A stretch of DNA of 64,000 nt from Spirochaetia bacterium. Its GTDB lineage: Bacteria > Spirochaetota > Spirochaetia > SP-2023. The position numbers and the translations under genes were made by a program. Below, piece after piece: positions 39,007-50,418 of the stretch. The stretch spans positions 352,001 through 416,000 of the forward strand of contig CBDDCK010000005.1 in assembly GCA_965225855.1 (NCBI GenBank), read 5' to 3'. Within the stretch, counting starts at the first letter, position 1. The number at the start of each line of letters is the position of its first letter. A model generated the notes under the pieces. The model was given only the letters and a program-made list of their open reading frames with translations, was not told the DNA's origin and ran no database searches.

Positions 39007-40920
39007 CTAACGGTTTGGTGTTAGTGCTTGTTGCATAAATTTCCGACTAAACTGTTTTAGCAATCTTCGTTGCTGGCTAGCACTCAATTGTTGTGCTTGG
39101 CGCATGGTTATCAGCTCTTGTAGTTTGCTGCTGTCAATATTGCTTAGCACAATGCCTTTTTCAGAAAGTAGGTAGGCCCGAACTTGGTCTTTGCTCCATT
39201 GAATTTGCAAGCGTAATACCGGCATAGTGGTATCCGATACAATTTCTGCTCCAGCATGACTTAAATAGCGTTGCAATTGGCGTTTTATGTATTGTTGTTC
39301 GGGGCGGTAGACCACACTGCCACTCAATTGCAATTGTATGGGTAGGGCGATACCATGTAGCTTTAAGGCAGCGCGGTTTATGTGATAGGCCTGCAATAAT
39401 TCTTGATAACGTTGGCTCAATTGCTTGTATTTACGCAGCTGGCTCAATTCTATATAGGCTTTTTCACGAGCATCTGCATCCCATTTAGGGTCCAGCATTG
39501 TGAGGCTTTGCTCTATCTTTTCGCTATTGCGTTCTAAAATACCTTCTTCTAGTAGCAATGTATCTTTTGATTCGGGAATGAAAGATAAGTTTTCGCTTTT
39601 GAGTTGCTGAAAAAAACGCCGCTTCAATAGGGAATGCGAGTCGCTAGCATCATAGAGGTTTTTATTCGAGTCTAGTTCATTGCCTTGCTGGTAGTGTTCT
39701 TTGCCCACTTGGTAGGCGAGTAACTTTTGCTGGGTTAGGGAATACCAATAAAGCCAGCTATATTTGAGCAACGCTCCAAAGCGTTGCATACTTTCGCTAA
39801 ATGTGATGGGCAACAACCATTTTTGTTCTTGCAATAGACCTTTGTACAATGCTGTACGCAACTCCATCAGCTCTAGTTCAAATTTGATAGAGTCGATTCC
39901 ATAGGAAGTCATCCATTCGGTTTGCTTGCGGAAACGCAGGTCGAGCTCACGCATAAAGACCATGCCTTCTGTATTTTGGCCCTGATCGATAGAAAGTTGT
40001 ACTAAGTCTAATAAAGCTAGGGGGCTGGGATGTTTGCTTTGCTCTTCAAGGCGTTGCGATTTGATGAAAGCTTCTCTAGCTTGATGGAAATGGCGTTGTT
40101 GTAGGTATAGCTCCCCACGTAGCAGCTCGTTAGAAGGGAACGATATATTTTGAATGCTTTGGTCGTTTAACTCCATGGCCCTATCAAAGTGATGGAAATC
40201 CGTCTCCAACAGCGCATAGTTATAGTAAATCAAAGCCCGCTGGTTGATGCTAGTTTGCAAGTTATATAGTGTTTGGCTCTCATCATCATGGCTGCTATTG
40301 GTTGTTTCATCTAATTGGGGGTAAGTCAAGGCTATGCTTTGCTCGTAAGCGTTGCGTGATTTTTCATAATCATAAGCTGCCGAATGTATAATTGCCAAAG
40401 TCATCATAGTGGAGCTACTGCGTTGCTGGGGCGGTATAGCCAATATTTTGGCTTCCGCTTCGCTGTAGCGGTGTAGCTTGTAGAGCAGCCAGCCGTTATT
40501 GTGGCGGGCTTGATTGCGTTCATACGAATTGCCCCATTGCTCTAATAAACTAAAGCTTTTGACCGCATCGCTGTATTTGCCCAGCCTGTTTTGCGAGTTG
40601 GCAACTCGGTAAAGATAGCGCGTGTTCTGCGGTTCTAGCTTTAAGGCCTGTAGGTAAGATTCAAGCCCTAGGTGCAGTAGATTTTGCTGTTCATAGAGTT
40701 CTCCGTTGATAAATAATAGCAGACTATTCTTAGGATATTGCTTTTGTGCTTCTTGCAATAGCCTCAAAGCTAGATTGTAGTTGCGCATCTGCTGGGCTGT
40801 CTCGATACGCTCGAGATAACTATCCAGTAGGGCCGTATCTTGTCTCGCATAGGCACGTGCTTGCAAACTAAATAAAAGCGCAAGCCAGACTAAATACCGA
40901 AAGTATGGTATCTTAGTCAT
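39007..40920 (-). CDS. Secreted TPR-repeat protein
   Basis: Signal peptide and TPR helices; overlaps the pheT stop. Confidence 0.7.
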   Translation of the reverse strand: MTKIPYFRYLVWLALLFSLQARAYARQDTALLDSYLERIETAQQMRNYNLALRLLQEAQKQYPKNSLLLFINGELYEQQNLLHLGLESYLQALKLEPQNTRYLYRVANSQNRLGKYSDAVKSFSLLEQWGNSYERNQARHNNGWLLYKLHRYSEAEAKILAIPPQQRSSSTMMTLAIIHSAAYDYEKSRNAYEQSIALTYPQLDETTNSSHDDESQTLYNLQTSINQRALIYYNYALLETDFHHFDRAMELNDQSIQNISFPSNELLRGELYLQQRHFHQAREAFIKSQRLEEQSKHPSPLALLDLVQLSIDQGQNTEGMVFMRELDLRFRKQTEWMTSYGIDSIKFELELMELRTALYKGLLQEQKWLLPITFSESMQRFGALLKYSWLYWYSLTQQKLLAYQVGKEHYQQGNELDSNKNLYDASDSHSLLKRRFFQQLKSENLSFIPESKDTLLLEEGILERNSEKIEQSLTMLDPKWDADAREKAYIELSQLRKYKQLSQRYQELLQAYHINRAALKLHGIALPIQLQLSGSVVYRPEQQYIKRQLQRYLSHAGAEIVSDTTMPVLRLQIQWSKDQVRAYLLSEKGIVLSNIDSSKLQELITMRQAQQLSASQQRRLLKQFSRKFMQQALTPNR

Positions 40921-43681
40921 TTGCCATTTTCAGTGGGAATCCAGCCTTTTGCAAAATACAAACAGTCTGATCTTCCAATAGTTTAATTTCTTCACCGTCT
41001 AAGGTGCCGTTGTTATTGGCAAATACAACTTGCAGTGTCAGCCAACGCTTTGCTTGGGGAGCTGGGTAAATAGAACGCACGAGGATTTGCTGTAATAAGG
41101 TTGCCATGCGAGGGTAATGTTCTGTCCCTTTTTCTAGGGCTTCAACCGCTTCTGCTGCAAAAACTTGGGGCGGTATAACTACCGTACAGTCGAATTCTAC
41201 ACTAGGGAAGCGCTGTAGCGGTCGGAATTGGGTAGCTGTGCGCTTGGGTGCTGCTCCCTTATCATCTTTGGGTGATAGTACTGTCCCAAGTGGAATACAA
41301 GCCATAGCCAATTTGCCGTTGAGCTTTAATTGGTGGAGCAAGGTGGGGTGAATGCTGAAAAGCCAAGCTTCTGTTAAGGCCGTGTAGCGTTCATTGTGGG
41401 TAACAGACCAATACAAGCGTTCGTAAGGGTGCAAGCCCTTCCAGTCTGGTGGGATAAACTGCGGCCAGACTGCTTGTTGCAATTTATTTGTCCAAGTATT
41501 ACTCCAGCTACTGTGTTGCCTCTGGCTCGCTTCTGGTCCTGCTATCGTTTGGGGTACACCTAGATAGCGTAGCAAGCGGCCGCACAAGTTTCGCAGCTCT
41601 AAGATTGAGTTAGTATTGTTGCTGTAGCTACTGATAAGTAAGTGCTGCTGTTCAGATACGCCTTGTTTAGATGAATGATAGCTGCGTCCTAGTTCAAAAA
41701 TACAAAACTGCCGCATGCGTTGATTGCGTGCGTTGCGTTCAACTATTTCTAAGTGATTGGGAATCAAGCTAGAACGCAGGAATTGTTGTTCAGGGTTTAG
41801 GGCGTTGGCCAATAGTAAGGGCTGTGTGCTTGGTTGCCACTGTACTTGTTCTAGTAATTTGGGTCCAACAAGAGGATAGCTTAGGACTTCTTGAGCCCTG
41901 CCGTTGAGCACCAAAAAGTTGCGAATCTCACGAGCTAGTTGCTGGCTACTGTTCAGTGCTACAGGCCGGATAGCTGCCATGGGTGCTTGGGGTACAATGT
42001 TATCATAACCAATGATACGCCCAATTTCTTCAATTAGGTCTTCTTCAATCGATATGTCTTTACTGGTACGGTAGCTAGGCAAATGAACTTTGATATGGCC
42101 TTCTTGGCTTTGCTGTTCTGTTTGGAAGCCAAGGTTTTGGAAAATCTGGCAGACAAGCTTGTTGCCTTCTTCCGAGGGAGTCATAGCAGTTGTTTTCCCT
42201 GTATTATTATTTGAGCCGTCTAATAATGAGGGGTAACCTAGCACTTGAGCTATTCGGCTGACTGAAGTTTCAATGGCAAGAGGCGTGGCTGGCTTTTTGT
42301 AATAGCTTTCTAAGTGACCACAAATCTGGGCTTTTGGGTGGATTTGCTGAATAAGCTGAGCTAGGCGCCACAAGCTGTATTCAATAGAGTAGGGGTCTAG
42401 CGATTTTTCATAGCGCAGCGAAGAATCGGTGCGCAGGCCCAAGCGCACTGAGCTTTTGTGTATATCGTGTGCATTCCAAACGGCGACTTCCAGCAAAATA
42501 CGTTGGGTATTGTTACTGACACTACTGTCTTGGCCTCCCATAATTCCAGCAATGACTTGGGGCTTGTCGGTATCGGCCACAACGGTATCGCCTGCTTGGA
42601 GTTGGCGTTGCTGCCCATCTAGTGTTTGAAATTCCCTTTGGTTTTGTTTTAGGCGGTAGACGCAAATTTTATTGCCACTCAATTGGTCTCGATCAAAAAT
42701 ATGGTTGGGGATACCTAGCTCCAGCATCACGTAATTGGAAATATCAACCACGCTATTGATGATATTAAATCCTGCTAGTAGCAATCGTTGCTGGAGCCAT
42801 GGGGGGCTTTCCGTAATTTGGATGTTATCCATGGAGAGGGCACAGTAGGCTTGGCAACTGCTATCTGCTGCAATATCGAGAGTAATGGGTGAAGTAGAGC
42901 AGGATAGCCCGTTGTGTTTTTTCACTTGTTGTTGGGTTTGTTCTAGCCAAGTATGGTTATATGGTGAGAGAAAATTACTTAGGCCATGTTCCTTGCTTTC
43001 CATAGATGAGAAAACTGCACCAAATTCCCTAGCGATACCGTAAATCCCCCACATATCCGGCCGATGGGTTAAAGATTTATTGTCTATGTCAAAAATAAAT
43101 TCAATCGCCTCAATGGTTTTACCATTGAGCAACAAAGGCTGATTGGGTTTTAAACAACGGGATAGAATTTGCGCAAAACTGATTCCCAATATGTTGCTTT
43201 GCTTATTCGCTGATTTAGCAATAAACTCGCTCAAGTCAATGATGCCATCATGCTCATCGCTAATACTTAATTCGCGTTCACTACAGAGCATACCATAAGA
43301 TAGCACGCCCATAATTTCTTTGTTTTTGAGAATAAAATTTTCGCCTGTAGTGTGCTGATGCATTTGTGTCCCTTCGGGAGCCCATAGCGTTTTTAAACCG
43401 GGGTAGAGATTATTGGCACTACAAACCAATTGGATTTGGTGGTTTGTGGTCGGACCAGTCGCAATGGTAGGTAGCCAAAGCTTTTCGGCATTTGGGTGCT
43501 TTTTTAGATGGAGTACTTCTACCAGCTGCACTTGACTCCAAAGCTCTATTGTTTTGGGCTCAATACAAGCTAGGATTGCTTCTACTTCACATGAGCTTCG
43601 GGTAAAAAAGAGAGCGATGTCTTCGATGTTGAGGTTTGGCAGTGGGCTAAACTGATTAACCCAGCTCAATGGTATGCGCAT
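40913..43681 (-). CDS. pheT: Phenylalanine--tRNA ligase beta subunit
   Basis: HPNAEKL, SYGMLCSEREL, NKSLTHRPD, VDISNYVMLELG, RTDSSLRYEK and EEDLIEEIGRIIGYDNI motifs. Confidence 0.95.
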   Translation of the reverse strand: MRIPLSWVNQFSPLPNLNIEDIALFFTRSSCEVEAILACIEPKTIELWSQVQLVEVLHLKKHPNAEKLWLPTIATGPTTNHQIQLVCSANNLYPGLKTLWAPEGTQMHQHTTGENFILKNKEIMGVLSYGMLCSERELSISDEHDGIIDLSEFIAKSANKQSNILGISFAQILSRCLKPNQPLLLNGKTIEAIEFIFDIDNKSLTHRPDMWGIYGIAREFGAVFSSMESKEHGLSNFLSPYNHTWLEQTQQQVKKHNGLSCSTSPITLDIAADSSCQAYCALSMDNIQITESPPWLQQRLLLAGFNIINSVVDISNYVMLELGIPNHIFDRDQLSGNKICVYRLKQNQREFQTLDGQQRQLQAGDTVVADTDKPQVIAGIMGGQDSSVSNNTQRILLEVAVWNAHDIHKSSVRLGLRTDSSLRYEKSLDPYSIEYSLWRLAQLIQQIHPKAQICGHLESYYKKPATPLAIETSVSRIAQVLGYPSLLDGSNNNTGKTTAMTPSEEGNKLVCQIFQNLGFQTEQQSQEGHIKVHLPSYRTSKDISIEEDLIEEIGRIIGYDNIVPQAPMAAIRPVALNSSQQLAREIRNFLVLNGRAQEVLSYPLVGPKLLEQVQWQPSTQPLLLANALNPEQQFLRSSLIPNHLEIVERNARNQRMRQFCIFELGRSYHSSKQGVSEQQHLLISSYSNNTNSILELRNLCGRLLRYLGVPQTIAGPEASQRQHSSWSNTWTNKLQQAVWPQFIPPDWKGLHPYERLYWSVTHNERYTALTEAWLFSIHPTLLHQLKLNGKLAMACIPLGTVLSPKDDKGAAPKRTATQFRPLQRFPSVEFDCTVVIPPQVFAAEAVEALEKGTEHYPRMATLLQQILVRSIYPAPQAKRWLTLQVVFANNNGTLDGEEIKLLEDQTVCILQKAGFPLKMAND

Positions 43682-43775
43682 GGGATAACTCCTGATCTTT
43701 AAATTGACAATGGCTCACAAACTATAAGTAAACAAAAATCGAGAAAGCAAAGTTTACTTTTTTGATTTTGTGGAC

Positions 43776-45017
43776 TTAACTTTGTTGCTGCTGTTTTGCT
43801 ATACGCATTTTTCGTGCGCGGATTTCAATTTTATGGGCTAATTCTACTGTTTTCTTAAGCTCTTCTAAGTCGTTACAAACAAGCTTTCCCTCATCATTAA
43901 GTGACATGTAGCGGTTGGTCATAAGGCTTTTAAAAGCTTTCTCGCCAACTTCAGAAGAAAAGCTACACATATTCAATAATTCTGTTTTACCAAAAGAAAA
44001 TTCATATTTGGCTTTGCGTTCGCATTGGACATGTTGCTTTAGAAGTTGGGTCAAAAGTGTGTCCCATAGCCGATTGAGGGGGTCTTCGATCAATAGATTG
44101 GCCAATTGCTTATAAATTGTCCACAGTCTGTCTGCAAGAACGATCAATAATTTAGTAGCTAGATTTTTATTCTGTAGTATAATTCTATCAAAATTATCTT
44201 TACTTACGGCCATAATTTTTGTTTCGCCGTAGGCGATAATATTGGCCGTGCGCTCTTTATGGTTGAGCAAACTCATCTCCCCAACAATTTCACCAGCATC
44301 GAGAATCGCTAAAAGCCTTTCCTGATTGTTGAGAATTTTTGTGATTTTCACTTTGCCATTTTGGATAATGTAAAGCTCTGAACCAGGCATATGTTCGGCG
44401 CAAATCATTTCACCATCTTGATAAGTGCGGTTAAAATTGTTATGGCTTGGAACGGTAATACCCATTTCATCAATGTAATTTTGCGCTTCTGATTTTTGCG
44501 CACCATTGGGATAATGCTCAAGATATGATGTAAAAATCATATTGGCATGATTTAATTCTTTCGCTTTGTAGTAAAATTCTCCCATGAGGAATAAATTTTT
44601 TGAATTGTCCTTGGTATGGTTTGCATCGACTATGCGAGCAGCCAATTCATTGTCGTAATGACGCAGACTATTGGAAAGTGAGCGGATAATTTTTAAAGCA
44701 ATAGAGGGAGCCTCTACCACCAGATCGCTAAACTTGGTAGATTTTACCATGATCATAGAGCAGTCTGTAAGCGTTACCACTGTCTGGTTTGACTCTTGTC
44801 CACTCATGGCACTGACAACGCCAAAAAATCCCCCGGGGCCCAGAATTTGGTCTTTTTGTCCTAGCATTTGATCTACTAAATTCTCTACCTGGACTTTCCC
44901 CGAGCGAATAATAAAAAATGTGTCTTGTTTTTTTTTATCGTTAGACCGGTCCTCCACCATTACATAAGAACCGGCTTGATAATTGGTAATAGATAGCGTA
45001 CCTTTGTCAGGTCTCAT
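43776..45017 (-). CDS. Crp/Fnr-like protein with two cyclic-nucleotide-binding domains
   Basis: Two cNMP-type beta-rolls (FFIIRSGKVQV...GGFFG and LYIIQNGKVKI...GEIVGEMSLL..RTA); start probably ATG 45017. Confidence 0.82.
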   Translation of the reverse strand: MRPDKGTLSITNYQAGSYVMVEDRSNDKKKQDTFFIIRSGKVQVENLVDQMLGQKDQILGPGGFFGVVSAMSGQESNQTVVTLTDCSMIMVKSTKFSDLVVEAPSIALKIIRSLSNSLRHYDNELAARIVDANHTKDNSKNLFLMGEFYYKAKELNHANMIFTSYLEHYPNGAQKSEAQNYIDEMGITVPSHNNFNRTYQDGEMICAEHMPGSELYIIQNGKVKITKILNNQERLLAILDAGEIVGEMSLLNHKERTANIIAYGETKIMAVSKDNFDRIILQNKNLATKLLIVLADRLWTIYKQLANLLIEDPLNRLWDTLLTQLLKQHVQCERKAKYEFSFGKTELLNMCSFSSEVGEKAFKSLMTNRYMSLNDEGKLVCNDLEELKKTVELAHKIEIRARKMRIAKQQQQS

Positions 45018-45320
45018 AAGTACAGCCTCATTGATGATTGTGATAAGTGAAGTGCAAAATATATTCCACTTTAGTTCACATCCCAGAATATTAGAAATTT
45101 GAAAAGGCCATAATACATTTAGCATAAAGATATACTTTGCATTATGTCATATGATAGGCAAGGCTTGAAGGCCTCAACTATTGTGAAGGTATTATAGCTA
45201 TAAAAAAGATTGGGTTGCAAGTATACTATTGATATTTGTTATATTTACCTTTCATTACTATTTTTGTATTTTTACCAGCCTTTATTGATTTGAACTTACT
45301 TTTTATTTTTTGAGAGGAGC

Positions 45321-46298
45321 TTGATGACTCAAATAAAAGTGCCGGAATTTTTACTTCGGTTGGGGGATATGAACAAAGCTCCCATGCTGATGGGTATCCT
45401 CAATCTTAGTCCAGATTCGTTTAGTCATGACGGGAAATCGGGGGCAATAGCAATTGAGCATGCCAAGCAGATGGTGGAGCAAGGTGCCAGTATTATTGAT
45501 ATTGGCGCAGAAAGTACGCGCCCTGGTGCGGCTTTTGTTGATCTAGAAACAGAATGGCAGCGGCTCTACCCTGTATTAGAGCCGCTTGGTTTGTGGTTGA
45601 AAACAGAAAATGCGAAACGGCTGGCAAAGGGCCTGCACAAAGTTTGGCTTTCGGTGGATACCTATAAGGCCGAAATAGCCTGCCGTAGTTTAAAATTAGG
45701 GGCGGATATCATCAATGATGTTAGCGGTGGCCAAAATGAAACAGAAATTTGGGCTGTAATGGCTGAAGCTAGAGATTCGATTTATATTTTGATGCATAAC
45801 CCTTTTGCTCTAAAAGGAATGATGCCACATAGCCACAAAGAAAGCATCACATATACCAATCCTGTGCAAGATATTGCCTTTGAATTAGGCTTACTGTATA
45901 ACGAGGCTGTGGCTGTTGGTTGTCGCAATATTATTATCGATCCCGGTTTGGGTTTTGGTAAAGATGTAGTTTGTAATTGGCAGGTCTTAGCAAATCTGGA
46001 AAATTTTTGCCGCGCTGTTGCTTATCATATTGGGCAAGATTTTAAGAATTTCTGCCCGCCCATTTTAGTGGGCGCTTCTAATAAAAGGTTTGTGAGGCAT
46101 TGGCAGGAACAAGAAGAATCAATGGAAATTCAATCCAGTCGTTCTGGTTATGCTCGTTTTCTCAGTGCCAATCTTGCGGTTTGTGCTTTAGCTATCCAAG
46201 GTGGGGCTCGGATTATTCGTAGTCATGAGGTACTTGAACATTACCGTTGTATACGCAGTGTATGGGAATTTTTAAAGTACAGAGCGAAATTTGCTTGA
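45321..46298 (+). CDS. folP: Dihydropteroate synthase
   Basis: MGILNLSPDSFS, IDIGAESTRPGA, SVDTYK, INDVSG and DPGLGFGK motifs. Confidence 0.95.
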   Translation: MMTQIKVPEFLLRLGDMNKAPMLMGILNLSPDSFSHDGKSGAIAIEHAKQMVEQGASIIDIGAESTRPGAAFVDLETEWQRLYPVLEPLGLWLKTENAKRLAKGLHKVWLSVDTYKAEIACRSLKLGADIINDVSGGQNETEIWAVMAEARDSIYILMHNPFALKGMMPHSHKESITYTNPVQDIAFELGLLYNEAVAVGCRNIIIDPGLGFGKDVVCNWQVLANLENFCRAVAYHIGQDFKNFCPPILVGASNKRFVRHWQEQEESMEIQSSRSGYARFLSANLAVCALAIQGGARIIRSHEVLEHYRCIRSVWEFLKYRAKFA

Positions 46299-46300
46299 AG

Positions 46301-46744
46301 ATGGACAAAATATTTTTTCAGAATTTGCGTTTTTATGGCTATCACGGTGTTTTTCAACATGAAAAGTTGCGTGGACAATATTTTGAATTGGATATAGAAT
46401 TAAGCTGCGAGTTAGAATCTGCAGGCCGTAGTGGCCAAATTGAGAGTAGTATTGATTACTGTGCTCTTTATCAATTCGTTAAGATGATTGTTACCGAGCG
46501 GAATTTTAATTTACTAGAAGAATTGGGTAACTATATTTGTGAGAAAATTTTAGAGCGGTTTACCAAAGTGGAAAATATCATATTGCGCTTGCGCAAGCCA
46601 GAAGCACCACTGGAGAACGGTATTATTTCCGATCAAATTTTGGCAGAAACAATGTTTTGTTGTTTACCTCCTTGGAAATTGGGCTATTTTGGGTCAGGGG
46701 GGAGCGTTGGTATTGAACTACATCGCAGCCGGCAGGCTCAATAA
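46301..46744 (+). CDS. folB: Dihydroneopterin aldolase
   Basis: MDKIFFQNLRFYGYHGVFQHEKLRGQYF, SIDY, FNLLE and RKPEAP motifs. Confidence 0.93.
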   Translation: MDKIFFQNLRFYGYHGVFQHEKLRGQYFELDIELSCELESAGRSGQIESSIDYCALYQFVKMIVTERNFNLLEELGNYICEKILERFTKVENIILRLRKPEAPLENGIISDQILAETMFCCLPPWKLGYFGSGGSVGIELHRSRQAQ

Positions 46745-46747
46745 GCT

Positions 46748-47347
46748 GTGAAAAATATGGTAAAATCTAGTACTACACTACTACCGTTTCAACCTACCGC
46801 TTATCTTTCTTTGGGAAGTAATTTAGGCCAGCGCAAAGAGCAATTGCAGCAAGCGGTTGAATTGTTGCGCTGCCACCCAGCGATCGAAATTATGCAGTGT
46901 TCTTCGGTATATGAAACAAAACCTTGGGGCCCAGTCGAGCAAGCTCCTTTTTGGAATCTTTGCCTTAAATTGAATATCGATGAGCATAAGTTGTTTATGG
47001 CAGAAAATATTGCTGACTGCGCTATACAAGGTTATGCGCAGCTTTTATTGGAATATTGTCTGTACTGTGAACAGCAATTGGGGCGGGAGCGAGGCGTGGA
47101 TAGTTTGCGCTGGGGGCCCCGTAGTATTGATATTGATATTATTGATTACGAGCGTTTACAATTTTGTAGCGAAACCTTAGTGTTACCGCATCCACAATTT
47201 TCCCAACGACTTTTTGTTTTGGTGCCTCTGGCTGAAATTGCCGATCGAGAATTTATTGGGATTTACTCTTTGCAGCAATCTATCCAACGGCTAAAAATGA
47301 ACAACCCGAACTGGGGCCATAAAATTGGCGAATTGATTGTTTTATAA
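46748..47347 (+). CDS. folK: 2-amino-4-hydroxy-6-hydroxymethyldihydropteridine diphosphokinase
   Basis: AYLSLGSNLG, SSVYETKPWG, RWGPRSIDIDI and LPHP...RLFVLVPLAEI motifs. Confidence 0.95.
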   Translation: MKNMVKSSTTLLPFQPTAYLSLGSNLGQRKEQLQQAVELLRCHPAIEIMQCSSVYETKPWGPVEQAPFWNLCLKLNIDEHKLFMAENIADCAIQGYAQLLLEYCLYCEQQLGRERGVDSLRWGPRSIDIDIIDYERLQFCSETLVLPHPQFSQRLFVLVPLAEIADREFIGIYSLQQSIQRLKMNNPNWGHKIGELIVL

Positions 47348-47352
47348 AAAAA

Positions 47353-48987
47353 TTAATAGGCACCGCCAATATTATTCTTACCACTAATATCTTTATTTTT
47401 TACTAGATTGATTGGGGCATTAATATTTTGCAATTCGGGAAGTAGTGTCTTAAAACGGGATTGCAAGGCATGAATATTATTTTCAAATAACTGTTTATCA
47501 AGCCCCGTTAAATCTCTACTAGACTGCAAATGCAGAGACTTTAGCCCTACCGGTTTATTGTAACGCCGCACTTCATAATGCACATGAGGTCCTGTTGATT
47601 TTCCCGTGCTACCGACATAGCCAATAATGTCTCCTTGGCGCACTTTTGAGCCAATTTTATAACCAGAACGGAAGCGACTCATATGCCCGTATAAAGTATC
47701 ATAACCGTTGATGTGGCGTATAATAATATGATAACCGTAGCCAATACGGCTCCAGCCACGGCGGATAATTCTGCCATTGCCACCTGCTTTGATGGGGGTT
47801 CCCGTAGGAGCTGCATAGTCTGTACCACGATGCAAACGCCAAGTTCCAAAGATTGGGTCGCGACGATAACCAAAATTGGAGGAAACGTATGCGCCATTGA
47901 CTGGCATCAATAATAAAAGTTTGTTAACGCTATGACCTTCCGGATTAAAAAATTCAGATTTGCCAGAAAGGTCTGTATATCGAAAAATGGGGAGAGCTTT
48001 GCCATTGGTTAGAATAATATTCGCATAGAGGATTTCACCAGAGCCAACGCGCACATCTTTCTCATTGTAAATCATCGTATAGATAATTTCGTAGCGAGTT
48101 CCGCGCTGAATATCACTTTGGAAGTTGATATCAAAACTATAGCGGTTAAACATTTCCAGCAATATGCCACCGGGAATCCCTTGATCAATACCATCTTGGT
48201 ACAATGAACGTTTTACGGTTACAATTGAATGGAAACTTTTTGACCTCAATTCGTGATATTCAATTTCATTTTTTGCTTCACCATTATACAAATACGCATG
48301 GACCGTTTTATCTTTATTGCCGATTTGAAAACCCACTAATTCTTTGCGATTGCTATCGTTAAAAAATAATTGGATAGGGTCTTCGGCGCGTAGTCTTGTA
48401 AGGTCTAGATCATCTTCTACGCTTAAAACTAAATTCGAACTATGCTTTTGGCTTAAACCATAGCGTTTGAGCAATAATACCAGTGCTTCATTGTGTTCTA
48501 AATAACCCACTTCGGTTGTCAATCCGTTCTTCCAATTTTGCCAAAGCTCTTCAGGACTAAGCTTTTTTTGGGAGCGTAAATACTCATCGAGTGTTGGAGT
48601 ATCCTTCAAATGTTTTTTAGAAAAAAATGACGAATACGGATTCAATTTTGAAAACCAAGCAATAGAAAATAATGCGAATAAAATAGCCATTATTCCTAAC
48701 AGCGTGCGATTCAATGGGTGAGAGATTTTCTCATTGTCAGAATTTTTAGGTTCCAGCTTTTTACTGGTAAAAATATTTGCATTTGGGGAAGGCTCATTTG
48801 ATATAATCTGAGGAATACTCCCCATCACATTTTGGGCTTGCCTTTGTGAGCAGTAAGTGCGCCATGGCAATACTTTATTTACATTATTCTGCGAGATAAG
48901 AACCTCGTCATCGTCCTTCCAAATATTTTTTGAGTAATTCATTTTGTCCATTACAACATATTCCTTTTTTGAAGTACCAGCCTTCAA
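47353..48987 (-). CDS. M23-family metallopeptidase (peptidoglycan DD-endopeptidase)
   Basis: HRGTDYAAPTGTPI, YGHMS and VGSTGKSTGPHVHYEV motifs; one TM anchor. Confidence 0.92.
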   Translation of the reverse strand: MKAGTSKKEYVVMDKMNYSKNIWKDDDEVLISQNNVNKVLPWRTYCSQRQAQNVMGSIPQIISNEPSPNANIFTSKKLEPKNSDNEKISHPLNRTLLGIMAILFALFSIAWFSKLNPYSSFFSKKHLKDTPTLDEYLRSQKKLSPEELWQNWKNGLTTEVGYLEHNEALVLLLKRYGLSQKHSSNLVLSVEDDLDLTRLRAEDPIQLFFNDSNRKELVGFQIGNKDKTVHAYLYNGEAKNEIEYHELRSKSFHSIVTVKRSLYQDGIDQGIPGGILLEMFNRYSFDINFQSDIQRGTRYEIIYTMIYNEKDVRVGSGEILYANIILTNGKALPIFRYTDLSGKSEFFNPEGHSVNKLLLLMPVNGAYVSSNFGYRRDPIFGTWRLHRGTDYAAPTGTPIKAGGNGRIIRRGWSRIGYGYHIIIRHINGYDTLYGHMSRFRSGYKIGSKVRQGDIIGYVGSTGKSTGPHVHYEVRRYNKPVGLKSLHLQSSRDLTGLDKQLFENNIHALQSRFKTLLPELQNINAPINLVKNKDISGKNNIGGAY

Positions 48988-49155
48988 AAAGCCTCCCTAA
49001 ATATAGCTGCTTTAGCCATCAAGCTAAAAATCCCGCTAGTCTACTTATTTTCAAACATAAATCAAGACTTTTTAAAAATATTTAGGGGGGTGCTCGGTTT
49101 ATAAATTTCTAACAAAAGCAAAATTTTGCTTGTTGGTCAAATTGCTGATTGCTGA

Positions 49156-49800
49156 ATGTATTGCTCTTTTTTGTTATATGTTTACAATTCAGCAGAGTTT
49201 TGTACTAAAATTTTATTTTTCATATTAGAAGCAATTTCAATGACTATGATATTTACAATACTGAACCGAATGTTGCCTGATCGCAATTGGTTATTGGCCA
49301 TATTATTTTTATTTGTGTTTTTCGGCATTATTTTACCCCCAAAAATTTATCCTGAGAGTTTCGGCTACACAATGAATCGCATTGTTGAAGTCGATGTCTA
49401 TATCGATCCTACAGATTATTTTTATTACTATTATAGTTTTAACTATTTAAATAGAGCTTTAAAGTTAGATGGCCTTGAACGCAAGATACAGTCTCTTAGT
49501 ATGTTAGAAGTAGAACCTAACATCGATAATTACTATCATGATCAAAAGCCAAAAATATATCTGGTCATTATTTACCAGCACAATTTGGATAAATATCAGG
49601 AAATGTTGGAATTAATCAACTTTCGAGAGCATTTAGTTTTGTGGATTATTTCCCCTGAAGGGGAAAAATTGGTTAATCCTACGGATTTTAATTTAGATGG
49701 AATGAGTTCGGCATCGATTGTCGATAGCTTCCATCAAGAGTTTCGTTCCTATATTTTGCCTAGGATTTTTACTTTGTATACAAATAGAGATAGGGTCTAA
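49156..49800 (+). CDS. Hypothetical membrane or secreted protein
   Basis: 214-aa ORF with one hydrophobic segment; true start is probably a downstream ATG. Confidence 0.55.
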   Translation: MYCSFLLYVYNSAEFCTKILFFILEAISMTMIFTILNRMLPDRNWLLAILFLFVFFGIILPPKIYPESFGYTMNRIVEVDVYIDPTDYFYYYYSFNYLNRALKLDGLERKIQSLSMLEVEPNIDNYYHDQKPKIYLVIIYQHNLDKYQEMLELINFREHLVLWIISPEGEKLVNPTDFNLDGMSSASIVDSFHQEFRSYILPRIFTLYTNRDRV

Positions 49801-50009
49801 CTTTTTGAGTCTGCTTCCTAGCTTTTTCGAAATTTTTTATGGCAATAATATCTTGAAATTTTATGCTTACTTTTTTATATCGCAGCCGCCATATTTCTGG
49901 CCTAGCCGATGGAAATGGTTATTTGGAAAGTAGTCATTTGTTTTCCCATTTATTGGAGCATTGGCTGCGAGGTACAGCACAAAAATTCGGTTGTAGCATC
50001 AAAAGTTGC

Positions 50010-50241
50010 AGATATTGATGGTTTTGGCCTTATGCCGTACAGAAATGAGTTATATAGGTCTGGCTTTTGTTCCAGCGTGATTCCCCAATTGCCGTTGTGT
50101 GAATATGCTTTGGCTGAATTACAGTGGCTAATGACGCAGGCCAATAATAAAGCCAGTGCGGAGGATGATTTCTACGGTCAGCCACATCAAAGTTGGCAGG
50201 AAATTTATTCTGCTTGAATAAAGAAGATATTTACCGTAAGG
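50010..50241 (+). repeat. 232-bp direct repeat, left copy (putative target duplication)
   Basis: AGATATTGATGG...TTTACCGTAAGG; matches 53703-53934 with 2 substitutions. Confidence 0.97.
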
Positions 50242-50418
50242 TGAAAGAGGACATGATAACTTAACGGGATAAGACGTGATAACTCGGGATTTTTTGGAAC
50301 AAATGGGAAGGTAAAAATTGGCTTACTTTCCAAAATAAAAAGGTAAAAAAATTTTTGTTTTTCGGCATATGGGTTGTCGGCAACAATATGCTTTATATCA
50401 TGGTAACGGGCCACGGTC